Shown here: positions 40,115 through 50,650 of the stretch, piece after piece
Position numbering within the stretch: the first letter of the stretch is position 1
How the letters are laid out: the number at the start of each line of letters is the position of its first letter
Assembly (NCBI GenBank): GCA_964016885.1
Contig: OZ024749.1
Coordinates: 6,510,001 to 6,574,000, forward strand
Direction of reading: 5' to 3'
Origin: Eledone cirrhosa
Taxonomy: Eukaryota
Length of the DNA stretch: 64,000 nt
The notes under the pieces: model-generated
What the model saw: the letters and a program-made list of their open reading frames with translations, nothing else
Database searches by the model: none
What the model was told of the DNA's origin: nothing
Made by a program: the position numbers and the translations under genes

Positions 40115-40829
40115 TAATTAGCAGAGTCTGGAGAAACTTATGATAGTCTATATCAGCACAAGTGACAAAGTATTGGCTCGTAAGATCCTGTGCAGTTATT
40201 ATCTTTAATACAGCAACAAATCATTATACTTGACTCCATCATCCAGCCATACACCCACACACCTAGACCCTATGGCATAAAAACTTATCCAAAACCAAGG
40301 AAACTTCAAATATACAGAAGATTAAATTAAAGAAACGAATACATCTGTAGTTGAAATAAGAAGTAATTTAAACATTACCTCAGAGAATAACTACAATATT
40401 TATATAATTATACTTAATTATTGAGATTAAAATGAAGAAAATATCATGGTTTCCTATCGACACACTAAAAGCTTCTTTCAACCATTAGACAACAAACACA
40501 GCAATTTGTAATATCTAGGGCAGATAAGGTGGTGAGATGGTAGCAATGGTGAGACGGACCGACTAGAAGTATAGTTTTTAGTTGTTGATACTGTATAGTT
40601 TTTAGCTTGTTGTTCTTATTGTTGCTGTTGTTGGTCAATGGGTTGGCAGAATAGATGGAGTACTAGAAATAGAAAGTCTCGACATCATGAGCTCAAATCC
40701 TGCTGAGGTTAACTTTGGTTTTTCATCTTCCTGGGGTCTATAAAATAAAATACCATTTAAGTACTGGTGTCAATATAATCGTTTTTCCCTGCCACCCCAA
40801 AATTGCTGGCCTTGTGCCAAATTAGGGAC

Positions 40830-41200
40830 CGTCATCGTTGTTGGTGTTGTTGCAGTGGTTGTTGTTGTAGCTGTTGTTGTTGTAGTGGTTGCTGTTGTTG
40901 AGGTTGCTGTTGTAGTGGTCGTTATTGTAGTGGTTGTTGTTGTAGTGGTCGTTGTTGTAGTGGTTGTTGTTGTAGTGGTTGTTGTTGTTGAGGCTGTTGT
41001 TGTAGTGGTTGTTGTTGTAGTGGTTGTTGTTGAGGTTGTTGTTGTAGTGGTTGTTGTTGTAGTGGTTGTTGTTGTAGTGGTTATTGTTGTAGTGGTTGTT
41101 GTTGTAGTGGTTGTTGTAGTGGTTGTTGTTGTAGTGGTTGTTGTTGTAGTGGTTGTTGTTGTGGTTGTTGTTGTGGTTGTTGTTGTAGTGGTTGTTGTTG
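40830..41200. repeat. (GTT/GTA/GTG) microsatellite
   Basis: Unit gttgttgttgtagtg. Confidence 0.93.
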
Positions 41201-41257
41201 CTATCTCAAAACATCCTGTCCAACCCATAACAACATGGAATAGAGGACATAATAAAG

Positions 41258-41720
41258 GAGGTTAACTTTGCCTTTCATCCTTACGGGGTCGATAAAATAA
41301 AGTACCAGTAATGTACTGGGGTAATTGCTGGCCATGTGCCTAAATCAGAAACCATAACCATCATTATTATTAAGGTGGATTTGCAGTATCAGTAGCGGGT
41401 CGGACGCCATGCTTTGATGCATAGAGTTACGGCCCTTGCCATTCTGAGTTCAAATCCCACCAAGGTTAACTTTGCCTTTCATCCTTACGGGGTCAATAAA
41501 ATAAAGTACCAGTAATACACTGGGATAATTGCTGGCCCTGTTCCAAAAGTAGAAACAACCATTATTGGTAGAGTATTGAACAACATGCTTTGCACCATAG
41601 AGTTACATCCCTTTTATGTACTGAGTTCAAATCCCAACAAAGTTAGCTTTGCTTTTCCTCCTTACAAGGTCGATAAAATAAAGCACCAGTAATGCACTGG
41701 GGTCGATTTAATCAACTTCT
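41258..41720 (+). mobile_element. Tandem Meta-type SINE copies (~3)
   Basis: Same unit as 14433-15340. Confidence 0.8.
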
Positions 41721-42040
41721 AGACCCCGGGTGGACTCAGGGCAGGGCTGGGCAGTTAAACTATAACATAAATAGGGTCTGTTTAGTCAGGGTGGACTCAC
41801 AGTGAACCCATGCTAGACCCCCGGGTGGACTCAGGGCAGGGCTGGGCAGTTAAACTATAACATAAATAGGGTCTGTTTAGTCAGGGTGGACTCACAGTGA
41901 ACCCATGCTAGACCCCCGGGTGGACTCAGGGCTGGGCTGGGCAGTTAAACTATAACATAAATAGGGTCTGTTTAGTCAGGGTGGACCCACAATGAACCCA
42001 TGCTAGATCCAGAATGGATTCAGGGCAGGGGAGCACAGTT
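41719..42040. repeat. ~95-bp tandem repeat x3.3, followed by a 24-bp repeat x4 at 42100-42200
   Basis: Units begin ctagacccc at 41719, 41813, 41908 and (degenerate) 42003. Confidence 0.9.
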
Positions 42041-42349
42041 AAATAGCAATATCAATATGTTATAATGGTGTGACACACCTGTTTTGTATATCTGTAGAAA
42101 ACAAGGGTAACACCCAAGGTATACATGAAGGTAACACCCAAGGTATGCATCAAGGTAACACCCAAGGTGTACATGAAGGTAACACCCAAAGTATTCACCA
42201 GGTGTAATTTCAAACTACCAATGCGAGACTACACGTCTCCGTACACCCAGTTCCAGTGACAGTTCACCTTAGTTATTTAGAGTTTTCACCTAGTCCACTT
42301 CTAGTTAGGTGGAGGTATTCAGGGTTTTCTCCCCGACAACACCAGAAAT

Positions 42350-42880
42350 AATTATTTCTACTTTTGGCACAAGGCCAGCAATTATCCCAGTGCATTACTG
42401 GTACTTTATTTTATCGACCCCGTAAGGATGAAAGGCAAAGTTAACCTCAACGGGATTTGAATTCAGATCGTAAAGGGACGTAACTCTGTGCTGCAAAGCA
42501 TGGCGTCTGACCCTCTACCAATACTGCCAATCCATCTCCAATAATAATTATTTCTACTTTTGGCACAAGGCCAGCAATTACTCAGTGCATTACTGGTACT
42601 TTATTTTATCGACCCCATAAGGATGAAAGGCAAAGTTAACCTTGGCGGGATTTGAACTCAGACCGTAAAGGGCCGTAACTCTTTGCTGCAAAGCATGGCG
42701 TCTGACCCTCTACCAATACTGCCAATCCATCTCCAATAATAATTGTTTCTACTTTTGGCACAAGGCCAGCAATTATCCCAGTGCATTACTGGTACTTTAT
42801 TTTATCGACCCCGTAAGGATGAAAGGCAAAGTTAACCTCGACGGGATTTGAACTCAGACTGTAAAGGGAGGTAACTACAC
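42350..42880 (-). mobile_element. Tandem Meta-type SINE copies x3
   Basis: Three ~200-bp head-to-tail units. Further minus copies at 51247-51426, 51804-51917, 52310-52517, 55106-55280 and 63062-63166. Confidence 0.82.
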
Positions 42881-43119
42881 TGGAAAGCAATGTGTAATAA
42901 CAAGCTGGTTAACATATAAACCATATTGGCAAATATATTAACAACAATAATGCTAATTTGCATAATTAGGATAAAATGGGAATTTCTCATTCATGCCGAG
43001 AATATTATTGAAATTAGAATATATTTGGTTATTTAATTATAACAAGACACAATAAAGGGAATGGAAAATCACTTGTGTATCGTCAATATTAAGGTTGGGA
43101 AGATGGACGTTAAATGGTG

Positions 43120-45290
43120 GAGTGTGTTGTGTGGTGTGTGTGGTGTGTGTGGTGTGTGTTGTGTGTGTGTGTGTGTTCTGTGGGTTGTGTGTGTGTGTGT
43201 GTGAGTGGTGTTGTGTGTGTGAGTGGTGTTGTGTGGGTTGTGTGTGGTGTGTGTCGTGTGTGTTGTGTGGGTTGTGTGTGGTGTGTGTGGTGTGTGTGGT
43301 GTGTGTGGTGTGTGTTGTGTGTGGTGTGTGTGGTGTGTGTGGTGTGTGTGGTGTGTGTTGTGTGTGGTGTGTGTGGTGTGTGTGGTGTGTGTGGTGTGGG
43401 TTGTGTGTGTGTGTGTGTGAGTGGTGTTGTGTGTGTGAGTGGTGTTGTGTGGGTTGTGTGTGGTGTGGGTTGTGTGTGGTGTGTGTGGTGTGTGTGGTGT
43501 GTGTGGTGTGTGTTGTGTGGGTTGTGTGGTGTGTGTGGTGTGTGTGGTGTGTGTTGGGTGGGTTGTGTGTGTGTGTGAGTGGTGTCGTGTGTGTGAGTGG
43601 TGTTGTGTGTGTCGTGTACATATATGAAATAACGTGTATAGTTAGAGAAAATAACTATTACATGCATACACGTGTGTGTGTATGTGTGAGTATGTGTGTG
43701 TGTGCATATGTATACATATACATGTATATGTATGTGTAACGCAGGTGTAGCGAACGCTGTTCTCTGTTTTCTATAGTTTGTTACATCCCCCTTCCTTCCA
43801 CACTCATCACATAGATATGTGTGTGTGTATGTAATCATTATTTTCTTTAATGTATATGTATGTATTTATATTAGAAATAGAAGATTCTGCCATATTTTGC
43901 AACCCTTTCTTTGAGGGTTCTAAACCCCACAATTAGGCTAACATTTCTTTAGTCAAAAATACGTTGAAAGTTTCTATTTCTAATTTCAATATCGCTAGCT
44001 GTAACAAAAAAAAAAACATACCATTTTATGTATATGTATTTATAAACAGGGTTGGTGTTAGGAAGGGCATCCAGCCCTATACGAGCGAGACATGGTCACC
44101 CGACCAATCTTGCCTCAAGTAGGACAATTCCCGTCTAAACCCATGCTAGCGTGGAAGATAGACGTTAAACTATGATGATGATGATGATTTACATACTGAA
44201 ACATAGATGAGTTACCTCCCTTTCCGTGACGTACAAAATACAGTGCATTACTGGTACTTTATTTTATCGACCCCGTAACGACGAAGGGCAAAGTTAACCT
44301 CGGCGGGATTTGAACTCCATTCTGAGTTCAAATCCCGCCAAAGTTAACTTTGCCTTTCATCCTTACGGGGTCAATAAAATAAAGTACCAGTAATGCACTG
44401 GGGTTGATTTAATCGACTTTCCCTTCCCCCAAAATTGCTGGCCTTGTGCCTATTTTGTTCCCATATAAGAAATGATTATTAAGCTGGTGTTTGGAACATA
44501 ACTTAACAAAGTTTCTTACATAAAATAACGCGAGGAGAGTTACGGGGTCAATAAAATAAAGTACCAGTAATACACTGAGGTAATTGCTGGCCTTGTGCCA
44601 AAGTAGAAACAATTATATATTAGTAGATGGCTGGGAAAACGGACGTTAAATGATGGAGTGTGTGTTGTGTTGTAGTCTGTTCAGTGTGTGTACTGTGTGT
44701 GGTGTGCGTTGTGTGTACTGTGTGTGGGGTTGTTGTGTGCGTTGTGTGTACTGTGTGTGGGGTTGTTGTGTGGCTGTGTGGTTGTGTGGCTGTGTGTGGG
44801 GTTGTTGTGTGGCTGTGTGGTTGTGTGCATTGTGTGTACTGTGTGTGGGGTTGTTGTGTGTGTTGTGTGTACTGTGTGAGGTTTTGTGTGTTGTGTGTGC
44901 ATGTTGGTTGTGTGCGTGTGGGTTGTGTGTTGTGTGTGCATGCGGGTTGTGTGCGTGTGGGTTGTTTGTTGTGTGTGCGTGTGGGTTGTGTGTTGTGTGT
45001 GCATGTGGGTTGTGTGCGTGTGCATGTGGGTTGTGTGTACTGTGTGTGTGGTTGTTGTGTGTGTGGTTGTTGTGTGCGTATGGGTTGTTTGTTGTGTGTG
45101 TATGTCCATATTTAGGTGTATATATATATATATATGTGTGTACGTGTGTCCATATTATGTGCATATATATATATATATATATGTATTATGTGAATATATA
45201 TCTGTGTATGTGTCCATATTATGTGCATATATGTATGTATGTAAGTGTGTATGAATTATGTGTGTGTGTATGTGACCATATTATTTGCAT

Positions 45291-45326
<36 letters not shown>

Positions 45327-45380
45327 ATTTGTGTATGTATTTGTGTGTGTCTGTGTGTGTCTGTGTGTATGTGTGTGAGG
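43120..45380. repeat. (GTGTG/TG)n low-complexity blocks at 43120-43735 and 44655-45380
   Basis: Direct inspection; source of Cys/Val and His/Thr artefact ORFs. Confidence 0.9.
44241..44400. mobile_element. Meta-type SINE fold-back (inverted 5' duplication)
   Basis: ~77-bp arms around loop cattct. Confidence 0.8.
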
Positions 45381-45592
45381 GTGAAAAAGATTATTAACTG
45401 ATTAAGCCGTTTGATAGAAATACCTGACTTTCTTGAACTGATTTCTATGTTTCAAATGTCTTCAATTCAGTTTTAAACAGACATTGATATATATGGCTTC
45501 CTTCATTATACACACAGACATACTCCTGGCTGTATATTTAGGTGTAAGTGTCTGTCTATGTGTGTGTATATATATATGTATATATCATCAAT

Positions 45593-45930
45593 GGAGGCAC
45601 ATGGCTTAGTGGTTAGAGCATTGGCCTTGCAATCGAAAGGTTGTGAGTTCAATTCTCAGACCGGGTGATGTGTTGTTTCCTTGAGCAAGACACTTTATTT
45701 CACATTGCTCCAGTTTACTCAGCTGTAGAAATGAGATGATAGGGACTGGGGTCCATATCATTCCACTGTAAAGTGGCCGTGGAGGTGCCACGGCAAAAAA
45801 GCACCCAGCACTCACTGTAAATGAGGTTGGTGTTAGGAAGGGCATCCAGCTGTAGAAATCAAGCCATAATCAGTTCCCGTCCCACCCTTGCAAGCAGGGA
45901 AAAGTGGATGTAAAATGAAATGATGATGAT
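45593..45930 (+). mobile_element. CORE-SINE family A (RTE-B tail)
   Basis: Full-length copy. Confidence 0.87.
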
Positions 45931-45932
45931 AA

Positions 45933-46346
45933 TCATCATCATCATCATCATCATCATCACTGTTTTATGTCTATTCTTCCACGCTAGCATGGGTTAGACT
46001 GGTTGTGAGCAGTCTCCAGTTGGCTGACCTTGTCTTGCTCATCCTGGAACTGATTATGGCTTGATTTCTACAGCTGGATGCCCTTCCTAACACCAACCTC
46101 ATTTACAGTGAGTGCTGGCTGCTTTTTCTTCCATGGTGCCTACATGTCCACTTTACAGTGTGGGCTGGGTGCTTTTTTCCGGTGGCACCTCCACGACCAC
46201 TTTGCAGTGGAATGCAGCTGAGTAAACTGGAGCAATGTGAAATAAAGTGTCTTGCTCAAGGAAATAACACATTACCCGGTGAGAGAACTGAACTCACAAC
46301 CTTTCGATTGCGAAGGCCAATGCTCTAACCACTAAGCCATGTGCCT
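45933..46346 (-). mobile_element. CORE-SINE variant with complete RTE-A tail
   Basis: Same head and CORE as family A, but ends gagcaagacaaggtcagcc...tctaacccatgctagcgtggaagaa...(gat)n like RTE-A 60170-60280. Confidence 0.82.
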
Positions 46347-46554
46347 ATATATATATATATTTGTATACATATCTATATATATATATATATTTGTATATAA
46401 ATATATATATATATATATATTTATTTACGTATAGCACGGAGCATATGTGCATAAACACACATGCACCATATTGTGTTAGCTCAATCTACAAGTACAGAGC
46501 CGTTATATGTAAAAGAAACCAAAGAACGCTTACGTACTCAAACAGTTTTTATTT

Positions 46555-46598
46555 GCTTACAATGTTTCATCCATACCGTTTGGTAGCTTCCTCAGAGC
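46555..46598 (-). ncRNA. Degenerate hammerhead-like motif
   Basis: gct-CUGAGGA-agc-tacc(aaac)ggta-tggat-GAAA-cattg-UA-agc. Confidence 0.45.
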
Positions 46599-47214
46599 TT
46601 AATAAGCACAGTGCTGAGTATAAGCTCCACTGAGCTTAGTCACACGAACAATCGGAATGCAATAGAGGGTAAAGATAGGGAGATCGGAGATGGCGAACAA
46701 GGAGAGGATACATGTTCGGGTTGTTAAGCACCACAGCTAAATGTTAGGGAACAAGCAAATTTCATATACAAAAGCAAAAAATACAAAAAATACAAGCAAT
46801 GGTTAAAACATAAAAAAAATATAATAATAATAAAATAATTAAAAAAATAATTAAATAATAAAATAATAAAAAAAATAATTTAAAATAAATAGAAAATAAA
46901 AGGAAGATATATAGAGAGATAAAAAGATAAAAAGTAAATAAAAAAGGTAAGAAATTTAAAAAAAAATATTTTTTTAAAAAGAAAGAAGAAAAATGTTTTA
47001 AGCACATAAAGAAGCCAGAGGAAATTAAGCGCTGGTCCCTAATAAAGCGAGTGAATAGGATCTCCGTAACTTATAGTTATATAAGCACTAAGAGGTTATT
47101 ACGGTACATCCAGAAAGACCACAGTAATCAGAATCCCCGCCATGGTATACATATACAAGGTATATTGGTAGATACCTGAATTACATAGTCCATGGGGGCT
47201 CCGCAAGCATATAG

Positions 47215-48735
47215 ATAGTGTGGGCTGGGAGCCTTTTTATGTATGTGTGTGTATATATATATATACACACACACACACACAGTGTGGACTGGGAGCCTTT
47301 TTAGTGTCTCCTACATGACCACTTTACAGTGTGGACTGGGTGCTTTTTGTTGTGACACCTACATGACCACTTTACAGTGTGGACTGGGTGCTTTTTGTTG
47401 TGTCACCTTCATGACCACTTTACAGTGTGGAGTGGGTGCTTTTTGTTGTGACACCTACATGACCACTTTACAGTGTGGACTGGGTGCTTTTTGTTGTGTC
47501 ACCTACATGACCACTTTACAGTGTGGACTGGGTGCTTTTTGTCATGACACCTACATGACCACTTTACAGTGTGGACTGGGTGCTTTTTGTCATGACACCT
47601 ACATGACCACTTTACAGTGTGGACTGGGTGGTTTTTGTCATGACACCTACATGACCACTCTACAGTGTGGACTGGGTGCCTTTTTAGTGTCTCCTACATG
47701 ACCACTTTACAGTGTGGACTGGGTGCTTTTTGTTGTGTCACCTACATGACCACTTTACAGTGTGGACTGGGTGCTTTTTGTTGTGTCACCTACATGACCA
47801 CTTTACAGTGTGGACTGGGTGCTTTTTGTTGTGACACCTACATGACCACTTTACAGTGTGGACTGGGTGCTTTTTGTTGTGACACCTACACAATCACTTT
47901 ACAGTGGACGGAAATGGAAGGATGGAGTAGGGTGTGTGGAGTGGAGTGTATAATGGGTTAAAAGGTGCCGACTGACTCTAGGTTTAAGTTTGTATGCAAG
48001 GGAAGGCAGGTCTTCTGTACACCTGCATAGCGCCAAAGATCTCGATCCAGTGACATTGTCTTAGAGAGGTGTAATTGAGCAAGGTCAATTTTTATCACTT
48101 CGCCCCAGGTTTTTCTTGGTCTACCCACTCCGTAGCTTCCATCAATTTTGATCGCTCTGCACTTTTTTATACAACTGTTGCCCTTCATATGCATCACATG
48201 ACCATACCAACACAATCTCCTCTCAAGCACACAACATTTGACACCTGTTATGCTTAGACTCTCTATCAATTCGTCAATGCTTTGCTGTTCACGTACATTA
48301 CTATTACGCATCCAACGGAGCATGCAAGCTTCATTTCTTTCTAATCTATGCAAGTCTTCGGACACAACGCCCAGGTGTCACTACCATGTAACATTGTTGT
48401 TCGTATACAAGCATCATACAATCTGCCTTTCACTTTTAGAGAAAAACCCTTTGTGGTCAACAGCAGTATTAGTTTCCATCCGTTCTAATTCTGGCTACTA
48501 CACTTTCAGAACACCCTCCTCCACTGATGATGTTGTCACCTAGGTAACAGAAAGTGTCTACTATTTCTATAGAACCATCTGGGCAGTTGAAGGTGATAGT
48601 ATTCAGTGGGCCCTTGCTACTTACTTCATCTGAGCATCGGCCACATAGAATCTACATTCTTAGATAGCTTACCTGTGATCCCACTACATCTTTTATGTAC
48701 CCATAGTTTGCATTTGGGACATAGAATGGAATTAT
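47215..48735 (-). mobile_element. Decayed RTE LINE with ~13x 48-bp module expansion in its 3' UTR (47280-47905)
   Basis: RLERNEACMLRWM...WYGHVM...GRPRKTW...DRDLWR; partial PHD at about 48620-48730. Confidence 0.88.
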
Positions 48736-48736
48736 G

Positions 48737-48768
<32 letters not shown>

Positions 48769-49138
48769 AATATATATATATATAATAATACAAGGATCAT
48801 TGGTTAAGCCTCTATTACCTTTATTGATTGGTGATGCATGTTTTGTTATTGATCAGCTCAAGTTTCAATCTGTATTGATCTAGCCCAATGCTGGATATAT
48901 CATCATCATCGTCATCATCATTTTACGTCCGCTTTTCCCTGCTTGCAAGGGTGTGACGGGTCTTATTCAGCACAGCATCTCTCCACTCTCTATATATATA
49001 TATTAAACCACAGACCCTCCATCTCAACTCACCTTTTGAAAAGCAGAAGAACTGCGAAACCGATAAAGGAACCAAATATATATATATATTTTTAAAAAAA
49101 ATAAGACTCCAGTTGCATTTTCGATTTCATCTCTTTTT

Positions 49139-49206
<68 letters not shown>

Positions 49207-49309
49207 CATCATCATTTAACATCTACTTTCCATGCTAGCATGGGTTAGACAGGTTGTCCTATTTAAGGCAATTCGGGGGTCAGGTGACCATGTCTTACTT
49301 ATATAGAAC

Positions 49310-49352
<43 letters not shown>

Positions 49353-49360
<8 letters not shown>

Positions 49361-49698
49361 CAAAATATTAATAAATGAGAAATATTCTCATAACCAAAGT
49401 ATATATTTTATTATACATATTTCAAAGGTACAATGGTGTTTCAGTACGTTTTCATCAGATAAAATATATAAGAGATGGATATGTGACATACCGTTAAGGT
49501 ATTTGAATTTTCAATTCCTGTAGTGGCAGTCAGGAATTGCAGATTCAAGTACCTTAGCGGTATGTCGCATATCCAATCTCTTATATATTTATCTGATGAA
49601 AACGTACTGAAACACCATTGTACCTTTGAAATATGTATAATAAAATATATACTTTGGTTATGAGAATATTTCTCATTTATTAATATTTTGAATAATAT
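49353..49698. mobile_element. Fold-back palindromic PLE-derived element with two opposed hammerhead motifs
   Basis: 168-bp arms (49353-49520 and 49531-49698). Hammerheads at 49407-49463 (-) and 49588-49644 (+). Preceded by (TA)n. Confidence 0.8.
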
Positions 49699-49806
49699 TA
49701 TAGATACTCAAGATAAATTACTGTTGAATGCTTCTAATCTATTGTAAAAGTGAATTCATTGAATAATCAACGAACCATATAAACTTTGGGTTATATATAT
49801 ATATAT

Positions 49807-50041
49807 ATCATCATCATCATCATTTTACGTCCGCTTTTCCCTGCTTGCAAGGGTGGGATGGGAAATGATTCTGGCTTGATTTCTACAGCCAGATGCCCTT
49901 CCTAATGCCAACCTCATTTACAGTGAGTGCTGGGTGCTTTTTTTGGCGTGGCACCTCCACGACCACTTTGCAGTGGAATGATAGGGACCCCAGTCCCTAT
50001 CATCTTATTTCTACAGCTGAGTAAACTGGAGCAATGTGAAA
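49807..50041 (-). mobile_element. 5'-truncated CORE-SINE family A
   Basis: CORE end + module + RTE-B tail; tRNA head missing. Confidence 0.8.
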
Positions 50042-50059
50042 TATATCTATTATATATAT

Positions 50060-50325
50060 CTATCTATCTAAGGCGGGTAAAATTCCCGAGATCCATGGAC
50101 GAGTTCTCTCCAGCGGTCTTTGTCCCTCATTATCGCTGCCATATCCTGCATCTCCAACAGACCAGTGTCTGTCCTTAGGGCATCAACATATGTTAACCTT
50201 GGTCTTCCTCTTCTAGTGTGTCCATGTAGGGGCTCCCAGAGCTGTATGGGAGCATCCCAAAAGTCAGCTCAAAAGTGACACAGAGGAGACTGAGGTTGGC
50301 TGGACATGCTCACCGACATCCAGAG
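50060..50325 (-). mobile_element. Short RTE insertion with 5' inversion
   Basis: Minus: LWEPLHGHTRRGRPRLTYVDAL...DKDRWRELV then (gata)n. Plus: ELYGSIPKVSSKVTQRRLRLAGHAHRHPE. Candidate TSD tattatatatat at 50048-50059 and 50326-50337. Confidence 0.75.
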
Positions 50326-50369
<44 letters not shown>

Positions 50370-50372
<3 letters not shown>

Positions 50373-50650
50373 AGGTCACTCATGAGTACTACTAGTAACA
50401 TGTAACCCAGTACAACCTGTCTCATGGTCAGGTTGTCGGCACAAAAACCGGCAACCCCACCAAACCTGCTTGGTGAGGAGGGTGATATTTGGATACCGTG
50501 CAGGATGAAATACAAGACCCGGCAAAGGGCAAAGGAACTCAGCAGAGTCAACGCCCATCCAAATAGTACTTTTCTTTTTTTTTTTTTGTACCTGGGAGTG
50601 AAAGGCCTCCCAGTTGTTGTCACACCTTTCTAAGAGAGGGAAACTCTGAA
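50370..50650 (+). mobile_element. Structured non-coding repeat, RTE 5'-UTR-like (second copy at 60450-61010)
   Basis: Shared ggtcact...catgtaacccag...aaaccggcaaccccacca...tggtgaggagggtg...; ttcta(a/g)gaga(g/a)gg.aactc motif. Confidence 0.5.

Noticed and set aside
45420-45490. Possible additional minus-strand host exon (donor-like cag|gtattt); also 40375-40500
   Set aside because: Stop codons in the candidate frames, no convincing acceptor and no CCDC39-like peptide.
45593-45665. tRNA genes
   Set aside because: A/B-box heads continue directly into CORE and tail sequence; they are SINE heads with no proper acceptor stem.
50460-50490. Twister ribozyme suggested by gaggaggg
   Set aside because: The upstream conserved elements (UAA loop, ggtcccaagccc-like segment) are absent.
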